Notes under the pieces: model-generated
What the model was told of the DNA's origin: nothing
The model's database searches: none
The model's input: the letters and a program-made list of their open reading frames with translations, nothing else
Origin: an uncultured delta proteobacterium
Lineage (GTDB): Bacteria > Desulfobacterota > Binatia > UBA9968
Direction: 5' to 3'
DNA length: 64,000 nucleotides
Assembly (NCBI GenBank): GCA_963816145.1
Contig: CAWFJP010000005.1
Location: forward strand, 32,001-96,000
Made by a program: the position numbers and the translations under genes
Part shown: one piece after another, positions 19,583 to 29,011 of the stretch
Layout: every line of letters begins with the position of its first letter
Numbering within the stretch: position 1 is the first letter of the stretch

Positions 19583-20614
19583 ATGGCCGGATCTAAAGTG
19601 ATCGATGCCGACGGGCATATCATCGAACGCACCGACGAATTGCGCAAATATTTAAAATCTCCGTTCGACAAACGCGGCGGGCCGCTGACCGCGTCGGAGC
19701 CCTGGGACCGGGATCTCCGGCAAACCTTGCCTCCCGAGCCGCGGAATTTTCCCAGCGCGCCGAGCGCGCAAGACTGGTTGCGTTTGTTGGATGACCATGG
19801 CATCGAGCAGGCGTTCCTGTACCCGACCGCGATGGGCAATGTGTCGCGCATCCGCGAGCCCGACTACGCTGTGGCGCTGTGCGAGGCCTATAACGACTAT
19901 GTTCACGATCAGTACGCGAAAGTCTCAAACCGGTTGAGACCGGTCGCGCTGCTGCCCTTTCAAGACCCGGAACGAGCGGTGATCGAACTGCGCCGGGCGG
20001 TGCGCGACTATGGCTGCCGTGCCGCGGTGGTTCGCACGACGGGATTGCGCTTGCCGCTGGGCCACAAGTTTTACGATCCGATTTACCGGGAAGCCGAGAG
20101 TCTAGGCTGCGCGCTGGCGGTGCATGGTACGAATGGCGCCGAAGAGCTGGCTTCGGGATCTTTTGAAACCTTCACCGAAGTTCACACCGTATCTTTTCCG
20201 GTGGGAATGTTCGTCCAGTTTTCTAACATGATCTATCAGGGCGTGCCGGCGCGCTTCCCCAAATTGCGATTGGTTTTTCTTGAGATTGGTTCCACTTGGC
20301 TGCCCTACTGGCTGGACCGTATGGATGAACACTGGGTGAAGCGCGGCAAGATCGAAACGCCGTCGCTGAAGCAAAGACCGAGCGATTGCGTGCGCGAACA
20401 TCCGGTCTTTTTTAGCTACGAAGCCGAGGAGACGTTGCTGCCCGAAACTTTCCGTTACGTCGGCGAGAATCATTTCGTTTACGCGACGGATATTCCGCAC
20501 TGGGATTGTGAGTTTCCGGAAAACTTGCACCATACCCAAAAGCACAACGATCTTTCAGACGAAACCAAGAAGAAGCTCCTGTACGAGAACGCCAAGGCGC
20601 TCTACGCTATTTAG
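19583..20614 (+). CDS. Amidohydrolase_2 family protein
   Basis: IDADGH, RFPKLRLVFLE, ATDIPHWD, ENAKALY. Confidence 0.88.
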   Translation: MAGSKVIDADGHIIERTDELRKYLKSPFDKRGGPLTASEPWDRDLRQTLPPEPRNFPSAPSAQDWLRLLDDHGIEQAFLYPTAMGNVSRIREPDYAVALCEAYNDYVHDQYAKVSNRLRPVALLPFQDPERAVIELRRAVRDYGCRAAVVRTTGLRLPLGHKFYDPIYREAESLGCALAVHGTNGAEELASGSFETFTEVHTVSFPVGMFVQFSNMIYQGVPARFPKLRLVFLEIGSTWLPYWLDRMDEHWVKRGKIETPSLKQRPSDCVREHPVFFSYEAEETLLPETFRYVGENHFVYATDIPHWDCEFPENLHHTQKHNDLSDETKKKLLYENAKALYAI

Positions 20615-20627
20615 TAATTCCAGCGTT

Positions 20628-22307
20628 CTATTGAATTGAAGCCTCGGGTCCGGTTTGCGCGAGGGATTCCTTCAATAGGTAGCGCTGAATCTTTCCCGCG
20701 CCGCTCATGGGCCAATCCTGAACGAAGATCACTTTGCGCGGCACTTTGAAGCTGGCTAAGTGGGCCCGACAGTGGTCGACGAGCTCCTTCTCGTTGCTCT
20801 GCCGCCCTGTCTTCAACTCTACGAAGACCGCTACGACTTCAGCTAAACGCGGATCGGCCATGCCGATGGCAACCGCTTGCTTTACGGCGTCATGCTTAAG
20901 TAGCGCAGCTTCAATCTCCGCTGCCGCGACATTTTCGCCGCCGACCCGGATCATATCCTTGATGCGGCCCACCAGCCGTAGGCAGCCGTCGGTGCCGATG
21001 ACGCCCATGTCTCCCGTGCGAAACCAACCCGTTTCGTCGATCGTCTCGGCGGTTTTCTGCGGGTCGTCGTAGTAGCCTTTAGTGACGCACCAACCTTTAA
21101 AACAAACTTCGCCGGGCTCGCCTCGGCGTAAGAATCCTTTGCCCTCCGGCTGTCGAATGCCGATCTCGACGCCGGGCATGGCTTTCCCCACGGTAGTCAT
21201 TCGCAATTCCAAAGGATCGTCCAAATCGCATGCGGTGCCGCCGATATGAGTTTCCGTAAGCCCGTAAGGGCTGATGAGTTTTTTTATGCCCATCTCGTCG
21301 TGGACCCGCTTGTTGACCTCCGGGCTGGCGAAAATCATGCCTTTTTCGAGGACAAGCTTTCGCTTCTTCAGATCGGGGTGGTTGAGATATTCGATATAGT
21401 GCGGCTGGTGGCCCATTAGCACGTTGCATCGATGACGTTCCATTAGCTCCAAGGCTTCGCCGGCATCGAAATAGGGCTGCACGATCATCGTGCAGCCGGA
21501 GACCACCGGCGTGAGCATCACCTGGATCGAACCGCCGACGTGGAAAAATGGTTGCGGGCTGAAGAATCGATCGGACTCGGTCAGTTTCAGCGCCCGGCAG
21601 CCGCACTGGGCGCCGCGCAGCATTGCCGCTTGAAACAGCATCGCGCCCTTGGGCAGCGCCGTGGTGCCGGAAGTGAACTGAATCATGGCGATGTCATCGG
21701 CTCTGACCTTTTCCTCGGCCTGGCGCAAAGTGTTTTCAGAAACCTCGGCGCCGAGCGATTTTAATTCCTCGAATGAGAGCCAGCCTGCCGAACTTCGGGG
21801 CGAAGTAACGACGATTCTTTTGAGATTGGGAAGATTTTGGTTGGGCAGCGCGTCAGCCGCATGGCCGGCTCCAGGGCAGAGTTCTCTGAGCAAACTGAAA
21901 TAGTCTTTTATCGGCTCATCTTTCAAAACCAGTAGAGACGCCCGCGATTTGTTGAGCACATATTCGATTTCTTCGGGCCGGTAGCGGGTGTTGACGGGCA
22001 CGATGACCGCGCCAATGCGCATGAGTGCGAAGTAAACCAACGCCCATTCCGAATAGCCGGCCATCCAAATCGCGACTTTGTCGCCCTTGCCGACACCGAG
22101 TTGGAGGAAGCCTCGCGCGATCAAATCGGCAGTTTGTTTGAGCTGGTTGTAGGTGACCGCGCCGTTGTGGAACACGGTGGCGACTCGGTCGCCGTATTTC
22201 CGTGCTGCCTCGTCGAGCGCCAAACCTATGGTTTTAGCCGGCCAGTTTTCGTCCCACATTTCATGAACCTTGTTTTTTCCGACGGTGATTCCTTCACTTG
22301 GCGGCAT
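20628..22307 (-). CDS. Acyl-CoA synthetase / AMP-binding ligase
   Basis: FTSGTTALPKG, YGLTE, RTGD, GRIKDMIRVGGEN, GKIQR. Confidence 0.92.
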   Translation of the reverse strand: MPPSEGITVGKNKVHEMWDENWPAKTIGLALDEAARKYGDRVATVFHNGAVTYNQLKQTADLIARGFLQLGVGKGDKVAIWMAGYSEWALVYFALMRIGAVIVPVNTRYRPEEIEYVLNKSRASLLVLKDEPIKDYFSLLRELCPGAGHAADALPNQNLPNLKRIVVTSPRSSAGWLSFEELKSLGAEVSENTLRQAEEKVRADDIAMIQFTSGTTALPKGAMLFQAAMLRGAQCGCRALKLTESDRFFSPQPFFHVGGSIQVMLTPVVSGCTMIVQPYFDAGEALELMERHRCNVLMGHQPHYIEYLNHPDLKKRKLVLEKGMIFASPEVNKRVHDEMGIKKLISPYGLTETHIGGTACDLDDPLELRMTTVGKAMPGVEIGIRQPEGKGFLRRGEPGEVCFKGWCVTKGYYDDPQKTAETIDETGWFRTGDMGVIGTDGCLRLVGRIKDMIRVGGENVAAAEIEAALLKHDAVKQAVAIGMADPRLAEVVAVFVELKTGRQSNEKELVDHCRAHLASFKVPRKVIFVQDWPMSGAGKIQRYLLKESLAQTGPEASIQ

Positions 22308-22526
22308 CTATCTATCGCCGACCTGGATCAAAAGCAATGACGATTTGAACGACGAGCGAAACAATTAACCGGATCGCGCTGGTCGCCGCGTTGACTCTCC
22401 TGTCGCGCATCGGCAAGTAATATACTTTCGATTGAACTCGGACGACTCATCGGGATACATTAGCAACTCGCGCGAGGCGAGTTTTACCTCTGCGGCAAAA
22501 AACTCTCTAAATGATGGAGGCGAACC

Positions 22527-23477
22527 ATGTCCAACCCAAAGTTACGATTTTATTTTCGTGAACCGACGATCGACACCAATATCCCGATCACCGACGGCAC
22601 GGTCAAGATCGAGGGCTTTGATTGGGAATTCGTTCCCACCGAAGAGGAGTGCGATGCCTGGGACTGCGGCTTTGCCGCTCGGGTGCGCGCTTATGCCAAA
22701 GGCGAGGCGCATATTTCGATCCCGGCGTTTCCCAACCGGAAATTCCGTTTGGCTTATATATACGTCAACAGCAAAGCCGGCATCGAGTCGGCGAAAGGGT
22801 TGGAAGGACGACGCGTCGGCATCATGCAGTGGGACAACACCGCCGGCGTCTGGGCGCGCGGCGCGCTGCAACATTATTACGGCGTCGATTTGACCAAGAT
22901 CAATTGGTGCTCGCCGCGGGCGAAAAAGATGGCGCTGGTTGAAGGCATTCGCATCGAGCAAATAAGTTCCGACGACGATCCGGATCTGCTGCTCGACAAT
23001 ATGCTTTGCGACGGCAAGATCGACGCGGTCATCGGCCCCAACGTGCTGCCATCGATCACCGCGCGCGATTCGCGCACGCGCCGGCTGTTCCGTGACTTTC
23101 GCAAAGAAGAGCAGGAGTATTACCGCAAGACGAAGATATTTCCGACCAGCCACATCGTGACGTTGAAGCAGGCGTTCGTCGACAAACATCCCAACGCACC
23201 GGTGGCGCTGCTCAAAGCATTTCGCAAATCTCGCGACGTCGCATTCGATCGGCTGATCGGCCCCGATCCGCAAGTGATCGCCTATTCGTGGATCGCCGCC
23301 GCGGTGGCCGAACAGCGCGAGCTGATGGGTGACGACTACTGGGCGTATAACATTCCCAACAACGTGCGCGAGTTGGAAGCGATGACCCAATACGCGCACG
23401 AACAGGGCCTGTCGCCGACCCGCATCGACTACCGGAGATTTTTTCACCCGGAAGCGGCGGCTCTGGCGGGATTTTGA
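22527..23477 (+). CDS. 4,5-Dihydroxyphthalate decarboxylase-like protein (periplasmic-binding-protein fold, no signal peptide)
   Basis: IPAFPNRKFR, LEGRRVG...TAGVWARG, IFPTSH, DDYWAY...EQGL. Confidence 0.7.
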   Translation: MSNPKLRFYFREPTIDTNIPITDGTVKIEGFDWEFVPTEEECDAWDCGFAARVRAYAKGEAHISIPAFPNRKFRLAYIYVNSKAGIESAKGLEGRRVGIMQWDNTAGVWARGALQHYYGVDLTKINWCSPRAKKMALVEGIRIEQISSDDDPDLLLDNMLCDGKIDAVIGPNVLPSITARDSRTRRLFRDFRKEEQEYYRKTKIFPTSHIVTLKQAFVDKHPNAPVALLKAFRKSRDVAFDRLIGPDPQVIAYSWIAAAVAEQRELMGDDYWAYNIPNNVRELEAMTQYAHEQGLSPTRIDYRRFFHPEAAALAGF

Positions 23478-23518
23478 ACTCGCGTAAATAGAGAGCGGAA
23501 CGAAGCCTGCGCGATTGT

Positions 23519-23542
23519 GTAGGGGCGACCGGCGGTCGCCCT
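23519..23542 (+). repeat. GTAG-REP upstream of the RAYT
   Basis: GTAGGGGCGACCGGCGGTCGCCCT, perfect 8-bp stem GGGCGACC/GGTCGCCC. Confidence 0.9.
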
Positions 23543-23555
23543 CTTTTTCTAAATC

Positions 23556-24119
23556 ATGACGACAATTTCACCCGAAACAAGACGCCGTCAGTCGATTCGT
23601 TTACAGAATTACGACTATTCCCTGGCTGGCGCGTATTTCATCACGATCGTGACACAAGGTCGAAAATGTTTGTTCGGAGAAATCGTCGAAGGGGAATTCC
23701 GCTCTAATGCTTGCGGTCAAATAGTTCAGTATGAATGGGAGAGATCAGCGCAGATACGAACAGAAATAGAACTGGATGCCTTCGTTGTGATGCCCAATCA
23801 CATTCACGGTGTTATTGTCATTTCCGAGGCGATGGGGAGGGCGACCGGCCGGTCGCCCCTACAATCCGGGCCATCCCGGCGGTCGTTAGGTGCGTTTGTC
23901 GGTGGGTTCAAAGCGGTTATCACTAAACGCTTCAATGCACTACGTGGCTCGCCTGGCACGCCGGTCTGGCAGCGCAACTACTTCGAGCACGTTATCCGGA
24001 GCGAAGATTCATTAAAGCGCATCCGCCAGTATATTCTCGATAACCCGGTGCGCTGGGAGTTCGACCGGGAAAACCCGGGTACACTGCATCCAGACGCAAA
24101 GTATACATGGCGCGATTAA
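23556..24119 (+). mobile_element. REP-associated tyrosine (Y1 HUH, IS200-like) transposase, RAYT
   Basis: RRQSIRL..YDYS..GAYFITI, HUH motif MPNHIHG, WQRNYFEHVIR, catalytic YILDNP; flanked by GTAG REPs. Confidence 0.9.
23838..23862 (-). repeat. GTAG-REP inside the RAYT coding sequence
   Basis: Minus strand GTAGGGGCGACCGGCCGGTCGCCCT; translated on the + strand as RATGRSPLQ. Confidence 0.9.
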
Positions 24120-24121
24120 CG

Positions 24122-24146
24122 GTAGGGGCGACCGGCGGGTCGCCCT
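24122..24146 (+). repeat. GTAG-REP downstream of the RAYT
   Basis: GTAGGGGCGACCGGCGGGTCGCCCT, 2 nt after the stop codon. Confidence 0.9.
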
Positions 24147-24168
24147 GTTCGCACAATTGGAGAGATCG

Positions 24169-25221
24169 ATGAAAATTTGTTTGCTATTGTCGATGTACCT
24201 TTTTTCTCTTTTGCCAACGGCGGTGCAAGCGCAGGGTATGAAAGGCCCAACCATTGCCGAGCTTGCAACTTACACCGGCCCCGACCGCGAGCAGATGCTT
24301 GCCGCCGGGGCGAAAAAGGAAGGCAAGATCGTTTGGTACACGGCGTTGGCGGGTAATTCATACCGCGATCTGGCCAAGGCGTTCGAAGCTAAGTATGGCG
24401 TGGCGGTGGAGTCTTACCGGGGCACGAGCAAGGATTTGATCTCGAAATTTCTCGCCGAGGCGCAGGCGAAACGCTATCTGATGGACGTGGCGGAAAGTTC
24501 GTTGCCGCTGCTGATGTTGATGCAGGCGCTCAAACTGATTCAGCCGTTCACCAGTCCGCATATCGGCCGGCTTATTCCCGATGCCAAGGAAGAGGCCGGC
24601 AAGGGCTTGGTCTATTGGGGCACGGTGCGCGAATCCTACATGGGATTCGCTTATAACAAAAACAAACTGCCGGCCAATGCCGTGCCGAAAAACTACGACG
24701 ATCTCTTGAAGCCGGCGCTTAAAGGGCGGATGTCGTTCGTTACTACCGATACCGGCTCACGCACAGTGGGCGGCATGTTGCTAACCAAGGGCGAGGAATA
24801 TCTCAAACGGCTGCGTGGCCAAGAGATCACCATGCACTCGGTTTCCGGCCAGGCGTTGAACGACATGATTGTCGGTGGCGAAGTCGAAGCGTCGCCGACG
24901 ATCTTTCGCAACCACGCCCTAGTGGCGGCGCAGAAGAAAGCGCCGGTGGTGTGGGTGCCTATGGACATCGTGCCGGCCAGCGCCGGCAGCGCCGCACTAT
25001 CATCGCAAGCACCGCATCCATACTCAGCTGTGTTGTTTGTCGACTTTCTATTCAGTTCGGACGGCCAGAAAATACTCGAAGCCTATGATTATGGCAGCCC
25101 GGCGAAGGAGTATGGCTTCAAACGATGGTACGCCGAGAAGGGTTTGAACATTCAGCAACTGGAAAAAGAAGTGGACAAGTGGGAGCGCGGGTTGCGGGAT
25201 CTCGGTCGAAGGCCGAGTTGA
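24169..25221 (+). CDS. Extracellular solute-binding protein, FbpA/AfuA-like (orphan)
   Basis: Signal peptide MKICLLL..AVQA; AKKEGKIVWYT, PKNYDDLL, APHPYSAVLFVDFLFSSDGQ. Confidence 0.88.
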   Translation: MKICLLLSMYLFSLLPTAVQAQGMKGPTIAELATYTGPDREQMLAAGAKKEGKIVWYTALAGNSYRDLAKAFEAKYGVAVESYRGTSKDLISKFLAEAQAKRYLMDVAESSLPLLMLMQALKLIQPFTSPHIGRLIPDAKEEAGKGLVYWGTVRESYMGFAYNKNKLPANAVPKNYDDLLKPALKGRMSFVTTDTGSRTVGGMLLTKGEEYLKRLRGQEITMHSVSGQALNDMIVGGEVEASPTIFRNHALVAAQKKAPVVWVPMDIVPASAGSAALSSQAPHPYSAVLFVDFLFSSDGQKILEAYDYGSPAKEYGFKRWYAEKGLNIQQLEKEVDKWERGLRDLGRRPS

Positions 25222-25261
25222 GTTCAAAGCGTTCAATCGCTGCGCTCCGTTCAAGTCGTTA
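25222..25261. repeat. GTTCAA 9-bp-period tract after a stop codon
   Basis: GTTCAAAGCGTTCAATCGCTGCGCTCCGTTCAAGTCGTTA. Confidence 0.6.
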
Positions 25262-25590
25262 ACCTCAGGGTGCTGCCGGCCGGATAGCCGACCATGAAGC
25301 GAATTGCTTTGCCTGGGTCGTTCGGTGTCTGGGCTCGCGGTTTTGCCGATCAACCGAATGACATCAGTATGATTGGTATGAAGATTCGCATGGGCATACC
25401 AGCGGCGCAGTTGCGCTAAACCCGTCAAATTAATGATTGCAGTTCAGTTTATCTTGGTTCGATTCCCACGACCGGGAAGGATTTGTCGTTTCGCTGGAGA
25501 TGACAGCAACTCCCGTTTGACAGTGCGAAGGATGAGATAGTATCGCATGAGGTACGACAGCTTGGCATAAACCTAGAAACGGATGGAATC

Positions 25591-26574
25591 ATGCAAAAAA
25601 TTGTCAGTGCGATTGTCATATTTCTTAGCGGGCTAATTGTTGTCGCCGACGCTAGCGCCGCCAATGAACCAGTGCGGCTCAAGATTATTTACTCGTCATT
25701 TACCGGCGCGTACACGCCGCTCTGGCTGGCGGTGGAGGATAAGTTGGGGCGAAAGTACGGATTGGATTTCGAAGCGGTGTACGCCGGCCGGGCGCGGCCG
25801 CATCAGCTCTTGCTCAGCGGCGATGCCCAATATGTCGTCTCCACCGGCACCGGTGTGGTGTCGAGCTATGCCGTCGGCACCAAAGATCTGGTCATCATCG
25901 CGTCCTTTGTCAACGCCACCGGCTCGTCGATTTTCTCCAAGCCGCAGATCAAGACCGCCAAAGAGCTGCGCGGCAAGACCCTTGCGTCGGGCCGGCCGGG
26001 TGCGGTGTCGGATATTTTGCTGCACTACATTCTCAAGCGAAAAATCGGGCTGGAGCCTGGGCGCGACGTGAAGATCGTCAACGTCGGCGACACTCCGGCG
26101 ATCTTACCCGCGCTGGAGAAAGGCGTGGTCGACGGCGCGATGCTCACGACCCCTTCAAGACTGGTGGCGAAGAAAGCCGGTTTCCGGGAGCTGGTCGATT
26201 TCGACGATCTCGGCGTACAGTATCCTTACGTCGGTATCTCTACACTGAAAGTCAATGTCAAAAAGAGCCCCGATGTCGCTTTGCGCCTGGTACGCGCCCT
26301 GACCGATAGCGTGCAGATCTTCAAGACCAACCGCGAGCGCAGCATGGCGGTGATGAGGAAATATCTGCGCGGCGCCAGCGACGAGATGCTCGATGAAACC
26401 TACGGCTATTTCAGTGCGCGCATGCCGCGCTTTCCCTATCCATCGGTGGAAGCGATCAAGACGGCGTTGGAGATGATGGCCGATCAATTTCCCCAAGCGA
26501 CCAGCGTCGATCCGCAGGAAGTCGTCGACCTATCCTTCGTGAAGCAAGTCGAGAGTAGTAGCGCAGTAAAGTAG
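25591..26574 (+). CDS. ABC SBP, NMT1/THI5
   Basis: Signal peptide; YTPLWLA..KYGL, PGRDVKIVNVG, PYPSVEAI, DLSFV. Confidence 0.85.
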   Translation: MQKIVSAIVIFLSGLIVVADASAANEPVRLKIIYSSFTGAYTPLWLAVEDKLGRKYGLDFEAVYAGRARPHQLLLSGDAQYVVSTGTGVVSSYAVGTKDLVIIASFVNATGSSIFSKPQIKTAKELRGKTLASGRPGAVSDILLHYILKRKIGLEPGRDVKIVNVGDTPAILPALEKGVVDGAMLTTPSRLVAKKAGFRELVDFDDLGVQYPYVGISTLKVNVKKSPDVALRLVRALTDSVQIFKTNRERSMAVMRKYLRGASDEMLDETYGYFSARMPRFPYPSVEAIKTALEMMADQFPQATSVDPQEVVDLSFVKQVESSSAVK

Positions 26575-26582
26575 GAATTCCG

Positions 26583-26957
26583 ATGGCTGCAAGCTCGCTT
26601 GCCGCGATGATTCTCATCATTTGTCCATGGTTCGGCGGTTTTACGCCCGGGGCGCAGGCGGCGGAATCGGCGGCGCTCCGGGGAGCGGATCTAGTCATGG
26701 TGGCGGCGCTGAGCAACTATCTGAACCAGGTGCGCGCCGTGGCGCCGGACTACATCGCCGATGCCCTCGATCATTACAACCGCGACTTGAACGATCGGCC
26801 ATTCCCACGGGCTGAGGGCGTCAAAATTGCGCTGGAGCTGACCGCGCAGTAAACGCCTCTTGCCAAAGGTGTCGATGCCGAGCGGTTTATTGATATGTCG
26901 CTGTTGCCTGAGATAGAGCGCAGCTGCTTTTTCGCCAGTCTCAGCGGCGCGAAGTGA
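26583..26957 (+). pseudogene. Internally deleted NMT1-type SBP remnant with an in-frame stop
   Basis: Signal-peptide-like start joined to an SBP C-terminus (PFPRAEGVKIALE); after TAA at 26850 the same frame reads PLAKGVDAERFIDMSLL..E..CFF. Confidence 0.7.
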
Positions 26958-26998
26958 TTTAACGTTGGTCCGAATTTGCAGTGGATTGACCCCGATTG

Positions 26999-27080
26999 TT
27001 CACCACGAAGGCGCGAAGGACACGAAGGGTTCGGAGAGCCAATTGGTCCGAGCTTCGCGTGCTTCGTGCCTTCGTGGTGA
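26999..27080. repeat. Palindromic element, family A
   Basis: TTCACCACGAAGGCGCGAAGGACACGAAG-GGTTCGGA ... TCCGAG-CTTCGCGTGCTTCGTGCCTTCGTGGTGA. Confidence 0.85.
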
Positions 27081-27113
27081 GAGAGCGTTTCAATAACAGG
27101 TGCTGCTCTTGGT

Positions 27114-28337
27114 TTACTTCCAGCCCGGTAGCAAGCCGCCTAAGAAGTCGAGATGGGCGATCAGGTAAATCAGCACGGAGACTATGCAGAGTAGCAGGTA
27201 AGCGATTTGAATCCATTCCGCCTTGGTCAGCGTTCTTGGCTGAAACACGCGCCGATGAAGTTGTGGCGCGAGCGCTAGCGCTTGCTGGCGCAGGGTCGGC
27301 ATCGCCAATAGATCTGCGACGATGTTGTAACCGTCCATTTCGAGAAAATTAAACGGGTAAAGATTGATTAGCGCGCCCTCCCAGAGCAGTACGCCGACAC
27401 CGAACAAGAGCGCTTGGCCGATACCAGGATTGGCCTGATAGGCGGCGAGAAAAGCCACGCTGCCCCAAAACAATTCGACCAACGGGCCGGCGAGATCGAC
27501 GATCACACGCGCCCGCCGCGTCGACATGAAAATATCGGTGACGTCGGCGTAAAACGTCGGCAGGACTCCTTGCAGGAGAAAAAATCCGATCTCGCGAACG
27601 CGCCGGTTGTGGGCTTTGCATGCCAGCGCGTGCACCGTGACGTGCATCATCGATACCGCCAAGAGCGACGCTAGCATGAACACCGCGCTGAGCCATGGCT
27701 TGGCGGAAAGCGTTTGTGTGAACTGCTTGGCTTGCTGACTCAAGTGTATCGCCGCAGACCCCGCCAGCAGCGCGAGGATGACGGTTAAGCCAAGCGTCAC
27801 CCGGTGAAATAAGACAAAGCCGCCGCAGCGATATAACGTCGTGCAAAGCCGGTCGGCATTAGGCACGGTGAAAGAAAGCTGGCGCCAGCATTTTGCTACG
27901 GTTGTGAATCCCATCGCCCAAAAATTTGCTCGACTGCGAGCGAGGCTTTGTTGTAGCGCCAGATTCTCCCGTTCGATCAGCAGACCGGCTTGGTACAGCT
28001 TCGCCAAGAGCTGGCGGATTATCGCGAAGTCGAAAGCGCCGAACTGAAGATAAAATGAGCGCGCGATCTCTTCGAGGGAATGACAGCCGTCGAACAATTC
28101 CCAAAGAAACGATTCCTGACTATCGATCAACAGGTAGCGGTCGCGCTGATGATTTTTCAGGATGAAGTTGCGCCTGCCGTCGGGACTTTGCGGCTGGGCA
28201 GTGATCTCCCAGATTTCGTTCGGCACCCGCTGCGGCCGGTAGCCGAGGTAAGCTTGGCTGCTCTCGATTTCGTGGATTTGAAATTCTGTTTCACCCGGCT
28301 TGCGGGTGAGCAGTTGGAGTTTTGCCGGCTCGGCCAT
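27114..28337 (-). CDS. M50/site-2-protease-like membrane protein with an N-terminal PqqD/RRE-like domain; HExxH altered to HVTVH
   Basis: FLWELFDG..SLEEI...LLAKLYQAGLL; HVTVHALACK, FYADVTD, LAGP, NLYP...MDGY. Confidence 0.75.
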   Translation of the reverse strand: MAEPAKLQLLTRKPGETEFQIHEIESSQAYLGYRPQRVPNEIWEITAQPQSPDGRRNFILKNHQRDRYLLIDSQESFLWELFDGCHSLEEIARSFYLQFGAFDFAIIRQLLAKLYQAGLLIERENLALQQSLARSRANFWAMGFTTVAKCWRQLSFTVPNADRLCTTLYRCGGFVLFHRVTLGLTVILALLAGSAAIHLSQQAKQFTQTLSAKPWLSAVFMLASLLAVSMMHVTVHALACKAHNRRVREIGFFLLQGVLPTFYADVTDIFMSTRRARVIVDLAGPLVELFWGSVAFLAAYQANPGIGQALLFGVGVLLWEGALINLYPFNFLEMDGYNIVADLLAMPTLRQQALALAPQLHRRVFQPRTLTKAEWIQIAYLLLCIVSVLIYLIAHLDFLGGLLPGWK

Positions 28338-28345
28338 GGTGGCGC

Positions 28346-28861
28346 TCAGGTTGATTTGCGTCCGAACAGCGACTGTTTGCCGGAAGCATAACCGGTGGCT
28401 TCCAGTCCCCAGCGGACGGCGTCGCGGGTCTGCTCGTTGGTGACGCGCAGCCGCTCAATAAAAATCGTCACCAGCCGGTAGCAAATCTTCGCGGCCATTT
28501 CGGGATGATGCGAAAAAATATCGTGGAAAACGCCGCGGTCAAGTTGCCAGAGGAGCGAGTCGGTTTCGACGTTAGCGGTGGCCGAGCGCGGTGCGTTGTC
28601 GAACAGTCCCATCTCGCCAAAGAAGTCGCCTGGGGTAAACCGCGTCAGCACCATATCGACATCGCCGCTGACATGTTTGCTTACGACCACTGACCCTTGT
28701 TCGACGATATAGAGCGCATCGGAAACGTCCAACTCGCGAAAAATCACCGTGCCGGCGGTGAATTTCTTGGCGATTAGTAACGGCGCCAGAGTCGCTATGG
28801 AATCGGCTTCGAGATCCTGGAAAAGGACGACCTTGTTCAAAATGTCGGGTATGAGTGGCAT
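28346..28861 (-). CDS. Stand-alone cyclic-nucleotide-binding domain protein (no HTH)
   Basis: IFRE.D.SDALYIV..G, phosphate-binding cassette FFGEMGLFDNAPRSATA; 171 aa. Confidence 0.9.
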   Translation of the reverse strand: MPLIPDILNKVVLFQDLEADSIATLAPLLIAKKFTAGTVIFRELDVSDALYIVEQGSVVVSKHVSGDVDMVLTRFTPGDFFGEMGLFDNAPRSATANVETDSLLWQLDRGVFHDIFSHHPEMAAKICYRLVTIFIERLRVTNEQTRDAVRWGLEATGYASGKQSLFGRKST

Positions 28862-29011
28862 ATACGCACGAGCTTATCCGCGGATGCTAGCGGGCTCGGC
28901 GCTAAAGCGCAAGTAAACCGTTCGACCCTATACGTTGCCGTTTTTGCGGCAGCGACTTTGATTGGCGCTGAAGATGGGAAACGGTCGATTAGGAAGGTAT
29001 TACCGGCGCCG

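Noticed and set aside
27114-28337. RiPP biosynthetic cluster suggested by the PqqD-like domain
   Set aside because: No precursor peptide, modifying enzyme or exporter adjacent.
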